DNA of 64,000 nt, taken from Somniosus microcephalus (Eukaryota). Below are positions 40,481 to 54,131 of this stretch, piece by piece. The first letter of the stretch is position 1. Each line of letters starts with the position of its first letter. The position numbers and the translations under genes were made by a program. Under the pieces are notes generated by a model. It was not told the DNA's origin and searched no databases. It saw only the letters and a list, made by a program, of their open reading frames with translations. The DNA lies in NCBI GenBank assembly GCA_052327205.1, contig JBMRGM010000035.1, positions 96,534,001 through 96,598,000 of the forward strand, in the 5' to 3' direction.

Positions 40481-41222
40481 CAATAATTACACTTCGATTC
40501 ATACACAGCTTGAAAGACACTTAGGATAATTGTTGAGAAATTATTTAGGGCGAGTTTCTCATGTAGCAGCAGCTATCTGGGTGTAGAAATTCTTGGGTGG
40601 AATGGCACGGACTGCCTGTTAGCCGCCCCTCCCGATATTCAGCTCCATTGGTCTAATTAAACTGGACATCGAGTGGGCAGATAATGGGCGGCCCGCGCAT
40701 TACCACCGAAGACCATCCTGGTCCTGTTTGTAAAGCACAGTCACTCTTTCCAGAGCCCCGCTTGGTATGAATAGCTATCGCACATTTTTAATTATATAAA
40801 TTTCAAAAGCGCTTTAAATGTTTGCACCTGAGGTAAACTAACGTCCACATTTGTCCTAATAAATGATATATCATAAAATTCCCTCTGCCCATGCTCAAAC
40901 CCCACGTATCGCTCGTCATTTAACCAGTGACTTTGGTGTAAGCGATTCGGGCGGTACATAGTTGGGGGACACTCCATAATAAAATGTCCGTAATTATATT
41001 CCACACGTGAATCCATGTATTGCTGAGAATTTTTTATTGGCTGGTCATTTGCAGAGTAAAAGCACGGGAAGGACACCAGCTAGGAATTTGCACCTGCTTC
41101 CAGAAGACGAAACGATAGAATATGGCATTCAGGATCCTGTCATCACACTTAAACCTACATTGCCTGATTATTCAGGATATTTGCAATGAGGAGATACTGA
41201 GCTACATTTTCAACCTGACGTT

Positions 41223-41488
41223 TGGCTTAGATCTTCAGTTGCGATTCGCCCGCCCTCTATTGTCTGTTATTGGACCGCAACGCCGATTTACACCACGAAA
41301 GATAGTTGGAAAACAACCGGCCATGTATATTGATGCATTGGGTTAAGCAAATCAGTCGCCCTTTTAGCACCGAGCCGGACATTCCTTTCTGTTGAAGTGA
41401 ATGGAAATGAAAATCGGGCAGATTCAATTGCGGCCGGCTGTCAGAAAAAAACATTTTTGGTCCGTTGGAAAGCTGAAAATCCAACCAT
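41223..41488. mobile_element. Small degenerate MITE
   Basis: Imperfect TIR TGGCTTAGATCTTCAGTT / AAGCTGAAAATCCAACCA. Confidence 0.45.
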
Positions 41489-43294
41489 GTCATTCACTGC
41501 AGCATTTTTCTCTTTTGAAGTAATTCAGGTTAAGTGAGCGAAGTGTATCCATAAATACATGTATCTTTTCAGAATTGTTAGGCTTATCCACTAGATTGGG
41601 AGAGATAGAGAGAGAGATTGGAATGACAAGAAAACATTCCATGAATTCCCTGCAAAGAACTGTCGACTGATCATCTCGTCAGAGTAAGGAGAGTTAGTAA
41701 TTTAATTTCCTTTTTTCCCAGCTAATTTGGTAACAATCGTCATTCTAGCTCAAGGAAAATTTGCTCTCTCCAAATGCATCACCCGTTACCTGGTGCCCAT
41801 GGCAGCAGCTGATCTAATGGTCCTGATATTTGAAGTAATTCTGTATGAGATTAGCAATGCTTATTTCCCATATTCATTCCTGAACTACACCGATTTATAC
41901 TGTCAACATCGCCTTACAATATGTTTTCAATGTTTGCTCTGTCTGGCTAACTGTGGTTTGCACCTTTCATCGATGTGTCGCTATTTGTTACCAAACTTTG
42001 CAACAATATATTGCAGCAAAAAAACTGCGGCTGTGGTGATAGCAGTGGTGTGTTTCTTAAGCATTTTAGGTAATGTTGCTTCATGTATGAACCGCGGGAA
42101 AAAATTGACAATGTACCATGGTCCTGCTATGTAAAATCAAGCTTCTATACCGTGCCAATATGGGTAGTACTTTTGTGGCTGGAAGGCATTTTAAGCCCAA
42201 TTGCTCCATTTGTGTTGATTGTGCTGCTCAATGCCCTGACCATCAGGCACATTGTACTGGCCAATAGAGTGAGGAGAAGTGTCCGTGGAAAGAACAACGT
42301 TCAAAATCATAGTGAGCCAGAGATGGAGAACTGAAGGAAATGCATCATTTTACTGCTCGCTGTATCTGGCAATTTTATACTGCTATGGATGGTAATTGTC
42401 ATAGTTTACAGATGTGTGCAATTTACAGATACTCAATTTTTAGAAACAGATTACAGCGACTCTTTCACCATTGCGGAACTATCCGGGTATAGGCTGAGCT
42501 TTTTGAGTTGTTGCACAAACACGTTTAGTTATGCAGTGTCCCAGAGCAAATTCAGAGAGGAATTGAAGAATGTGATTAAGCGTCCCCTGGCTCTCATTAC
42601 TAATTTAAGCAAATACGTTAAATGTCTTCACAGAACTAAAATGCAATTATATACATCGGAAGTGAGCAGAAGTTGTTCAATTGACATCTACAAACAGAAA
42701 CCTCTGATGGAAGTGTGGGTTGTCATGTGTTCCCCATATCAGATGTCCTGTCTCGGAGATCAAAGATGCTTGGGGCATTGTTAACATGTTTCGATAGTGT
42801 AAAACAAGCGATATTTGGTATGAACAAACACATAACAATTTTTCAGATCCATAATAAATTCAGTTAGACAAACGTATCAGTTGCTTTCAACTGATCTAAA
42901 CCCAACACCGGTTTCTTTAACATATCCCTCAAACCCTGTTCCCGTCTGTAACACATGTTGAAACAGCGGATCAATTCTGTAAATAGTCCCATGGGCGTTT
43001 GATTGTTTAACTGATAAGGTACTCCCTGACCTGCCATTTAGTTCCCAATTTACGAATATGCAGGTTTTTCGTGCAATTTATATTAACAATTTATACTTTT
43101 GAATCAATAACACCAATTTCTAAATTTGCAGTCGACAACCAATACGGGGAGGGGGTAGTCAATATATGAGGGGGATGCGACATATTACAAGAACACATCA
43201 ACAAACTTGTAGAATTGGCATAGAATTGGCAAATTAATTTAAAAGAGATTAGTGTCAGCTATTAAATTTGGGTAAGAAGAATTAGGAGGCCAAA

Positions 43295-43790
43295 TTGCCA
43301 CAAAATTTGTGGTTGGAGGCTTCATGCTACCTGACAAAACTCTAGGAATTTAGCTGGTGGTCCAGGAGGTTCGTAGATGCGCGATCCTGGGCCTATCCGG
43401 GTACCCACGGTCAAAGGCCCATGTACCCCTTGTTCACAACCGCCCCATGGATCACGTGGCTTGCCCAACCAATAAAATAAGGAAATTCCCATTCAAAATA
43501 TGGGGATTCGTTTGAACAGGACTCCAATAAGTATAAATGGAGGATCTCATAAAAAATAAACGAACACATGAAAGAAAAAAATGTATATATAAATTAATTA
43601 AAATGTCATTTAATTAAATGTTTTAAACAAAAATGTATTTTTGGAAAAAATACTTTATGCTTCAACGGGGCTAAAAATAAACTTACCTTACTGGACAGGG
43701 TATTTAATTGTGTAATTGTGTGATACAATTTTATTTTTTTACTTTTAAAACTCTTATGCTGGTTAAAGCAGGCCTTACGCCTGCTTATGA
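43295..43790. mobile_element. Partial Harbinger-related MITE
   Basis: GTTGGAGGCTTC end motif, GGATCACGTGG, and AACGGGGCTAAAAATAAACTTACCTT shared with 56884-57618. Confidence 0.55.
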
Positions 43791-45679
43791 TGTAGTGAAT
43801 CAAACGCATCCAATGGTACAATTGCACATATCACTAAAAGTTGCTAGGCAGCTCAATAATGCCATAACAAATGACCAGATGGCATATTTCTGTGCAGTAT
43901 ATTGTATGTAATTCAAAGTAATCCCAGAGTTCCTATCTCAAGTCAGAATTAAAGAAAAGGAAAAACGGAGAAGTGATGTTACAGTGGAAATTAATCCAGT
44001 TAAAGGAACTACCTTGATGTCAACAAAACAGAAAGTTAACTGACCCCATAACTTGAGAGGCAATGTTTTAATGTCGCCCTGTATTGGCTCCTTCCACTAT
44101 TCAGTCCATATATATTGGCTTTACAACTAGGCTGTTCTCTTCACTAAACATCACTTTCCCCTTAATTTATTTCCAAGCAAATGCACAAACAAAAGCAAAG
44201 AAATCCCATCAGATTCGATGTTTATTCTTGCACCGACTGACAGGTCTGGACAGTTAACGTCATTACTGACGTGGCGAATTTTCGTAACGGGAACAATGGA
44301 ATTCTCATAATGATACAGTTTGGTCAATCTATATATGTCATATTTTCCATAACTCTTCACAAACATGCGAATCAAAACATAAAAACATCGAGTTTTGTTA
44401 CTGAATCAAAAAAAAAATCACATCAAACTCTCCCAACATGCAAACTTTAGGAGGGGCGGCTAATATCATTTCAAAGACGGAATTGGAGAAGATTTCCCAA
44501 AATAATCGAAGGGAGCTGAGACGATTGGTACCGCCTAAAGTCGCTGCCCCGGGATCAGTGACTCAGTTCCAACTGTAACTTTCTGGAAGAATTTTGGATA
44601 GGACTTTAGCAACGTTTATGAAAATAGCATTCAAGTAGCACAAAGTGCACAATCTAACTTTCATATTCAAAACTGGTAGCTCTCCCCGCTCCCCAACCCT
44701 CCCCCTAAATCCCAGCATGTGTTGTGGTGAGAATCTCAATATCTTTTCGGAACAATATGACAGTACATCATTATTTTAAAATACATCACTCCAAAATTCA
44801 TCGTTGACCAAATGGTGAAATATCCAAAAAGATGACATGCATTAGGAGAATGTACCATACTTCTAAAATAACTCGGTTTCAGTCAGGGCTATTTGCCATT
44901 AGCCCGAGGGGCGTAACCGGGTCCTGCTCCAAATTCCGGCTACACAGACGGCGTGAAGTCTCATTTTTGCCCTCCAACTCCTTAGAATGTGACGGCCATA
45001 TACTCCCATAGACGTTCCAAACGGCTACTGAGATGGTCATCCACATTTATCTTTCTCACACCTGGTATATATTAGACCAGACCCTGTCTCCTTCCCCTCC
45101 GCCCAATGCCTGTTGATGCTGAAATCCAACATCTCAGCATATCCGCAGGGCTGCTTAGCTGCTTAGCTGTATACAACTGACTATATCTGTGAAAACTGTA
45201 TGTATCTGTGAACACTTTCCGATCTCAAATGCAGCAGGGAGCCTCCTTATATTCATATTAAATGGAATATAAATTCTATAAAAATACTAATTACGATGCA
45301 CCTATAATTTAGATGGTGCTAATTTACCGCTAACGCAGATATTTCACCAAATGCCTTCCATGAACCTATAATGGAAAGAACTCAGCTTCAGGAGTCTGTA
45401 CCTTTAATGTAGGAGTGCACATTTCAAAATATTTATTTCTAAAATATGATCAAAATAATATTCTTGACTTTTTATTGAATGGGAAAGGCCCTGCTCCCTG
45501 ATCAGTAGGAGCAAATACGGCTCGGCTTAATCTGTTTGTTCAATGGACTCTCCCTGATGCTGAATGTGCAATGCTCTTCATAAAATGAGGGTTCGCTTAG
45601 ATCTTTATACGACCTCATTTTGAAAGCATAATATCTGTGTTTCCATAACACTGACAGACAGTGTAGTTTCGCTCTGAAT

Positions 45680-45752
45680 ATAAGACAGCCGGCAATAAAC
45701 ATACAGATAGAAAGCTAACACTACAGTATTCTTCCAAAAGTTGGTGTTCACA
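45680..45752 (+). pseudogene. Orphan degenerate exon 1 of GPCR unit 3
   Basis: ATA AGA CAG CCG..ATACAGATAGAAAGC..TATTCTTCCAAAAGTTGGTGTTC is homologous to exon 1 of units 1 and 2; start and donor lost; flanks 44020-46065 are colinear with unit 1. Confidence 0.75.
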
Positions 45753-46553
45753 TTAAGCTGCATATATTCAGTTAATCTTCACCTTTAGCAGTATTTCACT
45801 GTGTCACTGCTCCTTCTGTCAGTGTAATAATATTATCTCTTTGTTTTGATGTGGTTGATGTACAGATTAGTTACGCTGGCAAAAAATAACAATTAGAAAA
45901 CTCAAAGTTTCCGACATATTCCTCATGAATTAAACGGTCGGGTAGCACAATTTCTTCAGAATTTTTAAATTAAACAGTTTATTAGGGATTTTTTCTCATT
46001 TGTAGACATTCTTTTAATTTTCTGTTCCATGCCAAATATTAGCATTGCAGCTTGGTTCAGTTTGGTTAATAATGGGCCGTATTTTCCGCTCGGAGGCTTC
46101 CCGCGAAGGAAGCCCCCGACCTACAATAAAGAACCGCACCGGCTTTAATGCTCTGGGCCCATGTAATCTTCCGATTTAATCCTGAGGACTCCTGGGCAGC
46201 GTATGAAGTCAAGCCTTCCAGGACCGCAGCATGCGCGGAGCGGAGAGCTTCGGGCGTATAGGAGATCCACATACAAAAGCTGTCAAAAGTTATATTTGCA
46301 TAGGCCACGCCCCCGGTTGTTTCATCTCTTCAGCGGCGTTCGAAACTAACAGTAGTTGCAAAACACAATTGTAAATTTTTTCTTTATGGTTTTTTGAAAC
46401 TTTTGTAAACTTTTAGAAACTTTTAAAGACTTTTACATGGATTTGAAGAATCTTAAGTAGTTTTAAATAGTTCTAAAGAGATTTCAAGCGAATTAAATAG
46501 CTTTATAAGCCCTGAAAACATTTTCACTCATTTTAATTAATCAGGAAAGTGAA

Positions 46554-48161
46554 ATGGAAGGACTGAGCACAATTCGCATGATTAAGAGAGCTCAGAATTT
46601 CAGTGACGATGACCTCAGCACACCCCTCAATGAGGTTGAGGCGAAGCGTCTGCGGATACTTGGGAATTGAGAAGCCCAGGGCGCTGCGCAAAGGACAGAT
46701 TACAGTTTGAACAGAAGTTGCCCAGGCTTTCAGCGCGAACTCCACCATTCCACAGACAGTGGAACAAAAGATGCAAAAAATGTAATGATTTGATGCAATC
46801 TGCCAAGGTTTGTACAGTTACTAGAAAAGTCAACTGTAGCACTTCTTTAAATTTAACTGAACTATTTTGAAGAAGCTCTTATGCATGTGTGCTTTCCAGT
46901 GACTTCATTATCCCGGCATGTGTGCTTGTCATAAATTTTTTATGGCTTTGCGGCCAGCTCAGGCTCATCCAATTTGCTCTTCTCTTGACTCCACAGGTTT
47001 GAGTTGTAAAATTTCAATTAGTGAGTGAACAAAACCCTGTCTCCAAAGCAGTTTGTGTCCCTCTCTCAAAGACAGGTATCTGGTCTCTGCAGAAATAACT
47101 GCAGTTTCATGACCTTTCATATTTTCTGTTCTCATTTTAGAGTGAAATTTTAACAACGCCATAGCACGTGCACTGACAGGTGCTGTTGTTACGCTACGGG
47201 ATTTATCAGAGCGTGAGGAACGGGTCGAGCAGCTGCTTGGAATCAGTAGCGGCTGTACACTGCCTGCTGCCCAATCAGACATTGGGATAAGTAAAGGTGA
47301 GATCGTCTGGCCAGCTATATGTTTAAAATGTTAGGTGCATGTTGAATATCAGCTTCTGTGATGTGGCAGATCGTGCTTCACCTTTGTCAAAGTTTACCGT
47401 TTCCTTCCCTCAGGTGGACAGCATTTTTCTCACACACGGATGAACCGTGCGTTGTATCTGCGGCTGCAGAGGGCGTTGGCGAAGGGGTTACAGTTACAGT
47501 GGGTGCAGTTAGTGAGCTGGCGGAGGAGGAGGAGCAATATGCGCTGTGTCAGCTAGTGGAAGGGGAGAGTATGGATCCTGGGTGGCTGCACAGCACCTTT
47601 CCATCTCCTGGTCCCTCTGGCTCTGTGCAAGGCACAGATGACTGTCGTTCCACAGCCAAACACCAACCTGATACGGCAGAGCACGGAGGGGAAGCTGAAT
47701 GACGTTCAATGCAATGGAATAACATTGACGCTCAGGTGCAAATGATTGAAGAGTTGAGGCAAGAGATGTGAACTCTTCATGAGAACAAAGTTGACTCTCT
47801 TGCCTCTATCAGGCAGGGAATTGATGTTGTTGGTAAAAATGTTACTATGGCGCTTAATCAGATAAACGAGTCTTTCATTCGACTCTTGCAGTTGCTTGAA
47901 ACAGTTTCTGCTGCCATTACTTTGACTCCTGCAGAACCGCCCTTGCCTGCTCCCAGCGCAGACACAGTGCAGGCCCACGAGGCAGCAATTCCGCCAATTC
48001 TGATACAAGCAAATGTTGCCTTTCAGCAGCCACGGCAGCAGCAGCAGCAGCAACGCTGTCACGATGCAATTTCTGAAGGGCAAGAGATGGCACACAGGGG
48101 CCTTTCACTTCGCAGCAGAGGGCTCCAGTCACGGGGAAGGGGACAGCGCAGAAGACAGTAG
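46554..48161 (+). pseudogene. Harbinger Myb/SANT-like DNA-binding protein, three exons, disrupted
   Basis: MEGLSTIRMIKRAQNFSDDDL..EVEAKRLRILG* ..EVAQAFSANSTIPQTVEQ..CKKCNDLMQSAK with GT at 46808; exon 2 ~47141-47296 LTGAVVTLRDLSEREERVEQLLG; exon 3 from 47414 acidic/coiled-coil, ending RGRGQRRRQ*. Confidence 0.75.
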
Positions 48162-48569
48162 GGTGTCCCCTTTTGCACAATCCACTTCCTTTCACCCTGA
48201 GGCACAGATACGAGGGGGGAAATCGTTCCATTTTTTAATATTTCACTTTATTTAAATGTTAACTGTTGTCGCTTTGTTATTGAACTAGATATTAGTGACT
48301 GAAAGTGTATGTAACCGTTTTGTCTAAAAAGTACAGCTTCCAGTCACTTTGAAAAAAAGATCAACTTTATGATTGGCAAAAATATTTAAAATTACAACTG
48401 TTTGAAAATTAGAAAACAGTTTGTTTCCATCTTGAATGTCTTTATTGCACTAATAAAACAAAAAAGTCACTTTAAACTGTTAAAACATTTTATTCAAACA
48501 AATTATGTTAGCGAATGTTTGAAAAGTAGAAAATAGCTAGTTAACATTTAAAAGGTAAAAACTGAGAAC

Positions 48570-49358
48570 ATCATAATTGAACCTCTAAAGTCTTAGATAC
48601 TGCAATAAAAGTTCACTGTTTCACTTTAAATTGTGTGTGTTCCTTTCTTTGCCTTTCTGGGGGAGGTTGAGGGAAAAGGCGACGCTATCATCACCTCGTG
48701 AAGGTATTGGTTTCTACCAGTTCCCGAGCCACTTTGCTTGGCTCCTCCCCATCAGGCCTGGCCTCAGGCACATGGGCATCGTCCATGTCCTTCATTTCAG
48801 CAGGAGCTCCTCTGCAGGGTTAAGTGTCAGTCCTTCCCGCAAAGCAAAGTTATGCAAAGCACAACAGGCCACCACAATCCTTGACACTTACAGAGGAGAA
48901 TAATGCAAGGTCCCCCCTGACCAGTCCAGGCGCCGGAAACGTGATTTCAGAACCTCGATTGTCCTCTCCACCACTTGCCGTGTGGACACGTGTGCCTGGT
49001 TGTATCTCTCGTGAGCCTCATTAATGGTTTTGTGGTAGGGAGTCATCAGACATGGTGTTAGCGGATAGCCCTTGTCGCCCAATATCCATGCGGATCCTGG
49101 AGGCAATGTTTTGAGGGTGCCATATAATTCTGAGTTACGGAGGATGAAGGAGACATGAGCACTTTGTTGGTGATCTGCATTCACTTGTAGGATCCTGAGA
49201 TGCGCATCACAGTATATCATGACAAACAATGAATGAAACCCCTTCCTGTTGATGTATGTCACAGGTGCATCCAGTGGTGCATTCACTGCAAAATAGGTTT
49301 CACCCACGGCTCCAATCACTTTGGGGAATCCAGCAATGCTATAAATTGCAAGGGCCAT
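48570..49358 (-). pseudogene. HARBI1-like Harbinger transposase, C-terminal part
   Basis: IAGFPKVIGAVGETY (DGTH decayed), YINRKGFHS, WILGDKGYPL, YNQAHVSTRQVVERTIEVLKSRFRRLD, then past a stop IVVACCALHNFA. Confidence 0.92.
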
Positions 49359-49967
49359 TGTTGTGGTGAAATAAAATTAATTAAATCAGCACACTAGTCT
49401 GTAAATGGTAAAACAGCCAAGAATTTATTATAAACACAAAATTATTCAACAGTACAATACAAACAGTCCGCGGAGGTACCTAGACGCTGATCAGGGAGAC
49501 AGCTTAGAGCCCCGCAGCTCGTTCCTGGCTAACTCCTCGATTGTCTTTGGTCTCTGGTATTTAAGCTTACAAACCACAATGATTCATACTTTCGCGTGAC
49601 GTGGCTTGTTCCGCAACACTTTTCATTCAAACCGTATTTTGCTATTATCGGCAGTTTATGCAATGAACAGTCTAGCTTGTGGTTAAACTGCCAGGCGCCC
49701 ACCAGGTAACTTCCCGAATCAGGGAGACAGCTAGTTTCAGTCCAGGAGTCCTTTTGACCTATTATTGTCAAGTCGCTACCTCTTTTCTATGCTTCAGCAC
49801 GTCTACTTCTGCATTGTCTTTCTTTATTCTTTTTTTGTGGTTGCATGCTGAGCTGCGTGCAAAGCCTCTGCTTTAACTTGCTGTTGCCAGACAAAGGTGC
49901 CGTGACGATTTATTCTTATCCATAATGCTATGCTTCTACTAAGTGTGATTTCTAAAAATCCACTTCA
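49359..49967 (-). repeat. 3' LTR
   Basis: TG...CA termini; direct repeat of 54754-55362; preceded on the minus strand by PPT CCAAAGGGGGGTT (49968-49980). Confidence 0.92.
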
Positions 49968-50130
49968 AACCCCCCTTTGGTCCATGGCTACCACAGCCCA
50001 TGAGACCACAGTAAACTAAATTATACCAATTCGTCCCACCCCCTCTTCGGTGATCATCCGATGGGTTAGGGAGGAATAGGTGTCTGATGTCAGTGGTTAA
50101 ATTCCAGTGCTCATCAGGCTCTTCCTTTCC

Positions 50131-51853
50131 TCAAATACCTTTTCTATCAGCTGGGTGCGGCTTCTTGCCCGGCGTCATCTGCAGGATGATAAAAACAAAG
50201 TATCCAAGAACCAAAACTAGCTGTGTTGCCACCAATATATGTGATATTATACATATCCACGGGTGGATATTCACATTTAATCCCCAGTTCCGGATTTTAT
50301 AGTACCATAGAGTTTCTGCTAATGTTTAATGAATGTCCAGACCATGTTTCTTTAAACTTTCTTCTATTCTGTGATAATGTTCTGTATTGTCCTTTATTTC
50401 CCACTGTAATTTCTTCCAAGCTTCTTGCTCCTCTAATTTAGGAATCGCCATGAGCTCTGGTATAACATAAGTTTCAACCTCTTTATTATCTCTGGGTTGA
50501 AATCAAAGCTTGGCTGATGAATGGGACAAGTCAGACCTTGGTATTCATATTTCTGTTCAGCTGTGGTGACACAAAATGTCTCATTATTCTTTGGTTCTAC
50601 CCTTGTTCGGTGTATCCTCCTTGGGTACACCTCAAGGGTGCATTTGGTGGTTTTGGTAAACCCACACTCTGCTGTGCCTCCCTCGGTGGGGGGGGGGTTA
50701 TGTGCACACCCTCGTCCTTCCGTTGTCTGGCACCCGTCCACTACCATCCCCATTAAAGTCACATTCCTCTGGTTATTATCTTCGTCCCTTCCCCAAATTG
50801 CCTTGGTAGGGACCTCATGATATTTAACCCAACTCTCTCTTTGTAACTCTCCAATATTGTTCATATCATATAGGGGTTGTCCCTCTTCTGGGAGCTGTGG
50901 GATGGCTAGTACAAAGCCAATCATCTTTGTCCATGGGGTCAGACAATTGCCTGCCCTGTACACTTGTCCCATCTTACGCACCTTGCATATGCTTTTATTT
51001 TTATCAATCCAAGGTTCCAAATCCTCATTAGTAATCCAATCAGGGATCTGTCCATTATTTATTTGCTTCATGTTTTGCTGAACAGTCGACAATAGCCATG
51101 ATCCATACATGGCGCATACCAATTCCTTATGGGTTTGTTGTGATGCATTGCTGATCTGATCAATAATTGTATTAATGTTTTTGCATGGTCGGATACTATC
51201 TCTTCCACTCCCAACAATTGTTTTGCCGTTTGTTCTCCTGCTAATACCGTTTGTTGGCTGTTTCCAGTGGCTTGTTTTAATAACTGCTCTATTTTTGTTT
51301 GTAAGTCTTCTACTCCTTCACTTACTCCTTCTATGTCAAAACTATTAACTGTCGCTAACTCGGCCACATACACTTCTCCGGCCATTTTCAATATTCCCCA
51401 TTTCTTACGTCTTCTAAGATAGATTTTCCCTGCAGACTCTCTAATTGTTTTACCCACAGGGAGTTCCACAATTGTTTCGTATGATTATTACACATTGCGG
51501 GCATTTCAAAAGTACTCATATTAATGGCAAGTTTAACAACTCTATGTGTTACACTAAAATACATCTCATTTTGTGTTTTACTTATAACCAATCCCCCTTT
51601 GGCTCCGTCTGCCATCGTTGGGCAAGTTAATTGGGTGGTAGTTGGAGTACATTGACACAAAGTCCGATTGGTGCATTAAGTTACTGCAGGCAAGGCATTC
51701 AAATTCCGTTGCCAGTACCGTCAGTGCCGTTACATGGTTCGGTTTGGTTGCAGGGTATGCATCCCAATATTTCACATATATTCTGTTTATTACAGGTGAC
51801 TTTTTATTTAGCCACATGATCTCGATGAGGGTAAAAGCGAGGATCCACCTCAT
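50131..51853 (-). pseudogene. env: env, F-like class I fusion glycoprotein, frameshifted
   Basis: Signal-like MRWILAFTLIEIMWL; Cys-rich N-terminus; RRRKK/WGILKMAGEVYVAELATVNSFDIEG; heptad region; CAMYGSWLL..NGQIPDWI; IGFVLAIPQL..LYDMNNIG; Cys cluster; second heptad; TM WICIISHILVATQLVLVLGYFVFIIL; stop at 50131. Confidence 0.8.
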
Positions 51854-51870
51854 TCTTTTGTCTTAAAGTT

Positions 51871-51890
51871 CCTGCAAAATATAAAGGGGC
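51871..51890 (-). promoter_or_regulatory. Probable env splice acceptor
   Basis: Minus strand reads CCCCTTTATATTTTGCAG/GAAC, 18 nt upstream of the env ATG. Confidence 0.6.
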
Positions 51891-51929
51891 TGGTTGTCAA
51901 CAGTATTATTAGAGTCATCCCATTCTTAC

Positions 51930-52238
51930 TTATTCCACCACAAGGTGTGCTGGCATTTCTTCTGTCTGCCATCTATGATGGCGCTTCCATATGTACCGAA
52001 AGAGGTACACTATCCCGATTATTATTAATTTTATGAGTACCCCTCCTAGGCAAGCGAGCCACAGCTCTCGTTCCCGTGCCTGATAATGCATCTGCCAATC
52101 CTCACTTTCCTGATATGGCGTCATTTCGGGGTCACCCATTTTTATAGTGTTACTACGGGTTCCTTTTTCCATCCCTTCCTGCATTGCTGTAATTGTGACC
52201 AGTGTTTCCATCGCACTATTCCATTCATATCCACACAT
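51930..52238 (-). CDS. Putative small single-pass membrane accessory ORF between pol and env
   Basis: Open 102-codon frame with hydrophobic LWLACLGGVLIKLIIIGIVYLF followed by basic RYIWKRHHR; true start uncertain. Confidence 0.4.
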   Translation of the reverse strand: MCGYEWNSAMETLVTITAMQEGMEKGTRSNTIKMGDPEMTPYQESEDWQMHYQARERELWLACLGGVLIKLIIIGIVYLFRYIWKRHHRWQTEEMPAHLVVE

Positions 52239-53335
52239 GCACTTGTGTCACCATTGATCAGTATTTCATATGGTCCTGACCACCGCGGCGCAATTCCGGT
52301 CCACCCTGGTAATCCCTTAACCATTACTTTTTCCCCCACTTGGGGAAGCTCTACTGGGAATTATACTTCCCCTTGCCCATCTCTATCTGTCTGTCGTTCT
52401 CTTACTTCCTGTCTCATATCCTTAAGTTGTCTACTTAATAATATTACATATCTTTTATTTGATCCCGTAGTGGGCCCACATCGGATCCCCTGGTGATTAT
52501 ACCTTCAGGCAGTCGCATCGCCCGACCAGTCATATGTTCATATGGGGTTAATCCTGTCATCAGGTTAGGGGTTGCCCTTTGCCTCATCAGGATTGCAGGT
52601 AATATTTCAGTCCAAGCCTGTCCAGTTTCTTGCATGGCTTTTCACAGGGCTGTCTTTATTGTCCGATTCATCCGTTCTACCACTACCGAACTCTGCAGGT
52701 GGTAGGGGATGTGAAATTTTGTTTAATGCCCCATATAGTGCATAGTACTTTCATCACCTGTCCAGTGAAGTAGGTTCCCTGATCTGAGCCTATTTGAGTG
52801 GGGATGCCCCATAAGGGAATCGCCTCCTCAGCTAAAATTCGGGCTACTTTAGTTGCAGTGCAATTTCGGGTGGCGCATGCTTCCATCCACTGGGTGAACA
52901 AATCTATTATCACTAAAGCATATTTCCTTCCTCGAGAGCCTGGTAGTGGCTCCATAAAATCAATTTCGATATTCTCCCACGGCCCTCGCAGCCGTGGTTA
53001 ATGAGCCATCCTTATTTTAAGGGTATTTCCTGGATCATGTTATGCTAATGTAGTGCATTGCCAACAATATTTAGCAATGTCTCGTCCTAAGCCTGGCCAC
53101 CACCAATCCCTAGATACATTACTGATCATGGCATTTCACCTCGCATGGCTAATGCCGTGAAGGAATTCCATGAGTGTTTTTCGTATACACGTGGGGGCTG
53201 CCACCCTCCCCTCTTTTCTCCATATGGAGTCCTGGCCTGGTGCAGCTCACCACCTTTCCCATTCTTTCTTCTCCATGTCCCGTACATCCCTGGGCAATTT
53301 TACTATATTAATTTCCTCCTTAGTTATTATACAAC
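52142..53335 (-). pseudogene. pol: pol remnant, integrase only
   Basis: HHCC region (LHGISH..WWWPGLGRDIAKYCWQC); GPWENIEIDFMEPL; IGSDQGTYFTG; PYHLQSSVVVERMNRTIK; RATPN..TGLTPYE; GPY/F motif PRWSGPYEI; frameshifts. Confidence 0.9.
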
Positions 53336-54050
53336 TTATTGCTTCTTCCCTGGCTTCTGTTTTAGCAACATAATTAATACCCAATTTGGCTGAGAAAATC
53401 CTAGTGCATCTTGTATCTGCGTTTTAAATTGGTCATACGCAGTTTGTTGGGCATCCCGAGCTGTATTTTTGGCGGGACACCATGTCCCATCATTTGTCCC
53501 ATTTGGCAGGGTGTTCCACTTGTCTCGGGGACATTTAGCCCGTATGAGTTGATGGACATCTCTTTCATGCATATCGTGGATATCATATATTTCCTGTAAA
53601 TTTTTCCAGAATTCAATATTTTTACTCAAGGTCTTCAGGGTGCCCAGAGATTTTAAGATGTCTTATTTTTCTAGGGGACTGAATGCATTATATCTATGTT
53701 TATTATTCACTAACTGTGCTTCTTGTGCCACCGTCAAAGGTGCAGCAGCGAGGACTTCTTCCTCTCCACTATCATTATACGGGAGAGGCGGTGGTGTGGT
53801 AGTTATACCTGATTGGGGGCCAAAGAGTCACTTTTCATTCCGACTCTCCTGAATTTCTCTCAATTTTTTTTATTTCTGCTCTGGCTGTGTTTAGTTGCTC
53901 TATTTTTGGTTTAAGTTTGAGGGTACACTGTAAAAGCTGTCGTACTATTATTATAGCGGCCTTTTCGTGTATTTTTCTCTTTTTATCACCAAGTCTTTAA
54001 ACCGGCGGTTTCCTGATTTGGATCCCATCCATCTCTTAACATTTTGTCGA
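53336..54050 (-). pseudogene. gag: gag remnant
   Basis: Lies between leader and IN; Pro-rich TTPPPLPY (late-domain-like) at ~53778-53801; helical capsid-like ORF FWKNLQEIYDIHDMHERDVHQLIRAKCP; fused to IN by deletion. Confidence 0.55.
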
Positions 54051-54131
54051 TTAAGCCCTTCCGGTCGTCTGCATAGAATGTAGTAAGGGTGTCTTCCGCA
54101 CCCTAGTCTAATTGTTCCCCGACGCTATCTT

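Larger units (their letters stand above)
37953..42620 (+). pseudogene. GPR139/GPR142-like GPCR pseudogene, unit 2 (exon 1 37953-38021, exon 2 41722-~42620)
   Basis: MGQPLIIQIEKFYYPIPAIV then GTAAG donor (1 nt short of phase 1); acceptor ttcccag ends 41721; ANLVTIVIL..LSKCITRYLVPMAAADL; frameshifts near 41890 and 42080; TGA at 42332; SCCTNTFSYAVSQSKFREELK; family stop position read through. Confidence 0.88.

Noticed and set aside
48024-48053. CAG run as a functional polyQ tract
   Set aside because: Short and inside a disrupted transposon gene
48888-49358. Domesticated host HARBI1 gene
   Set aside because: Has TIRs, a partner Myb gene, a decayed catalytic DGTH motif, stops and an ERV insertion
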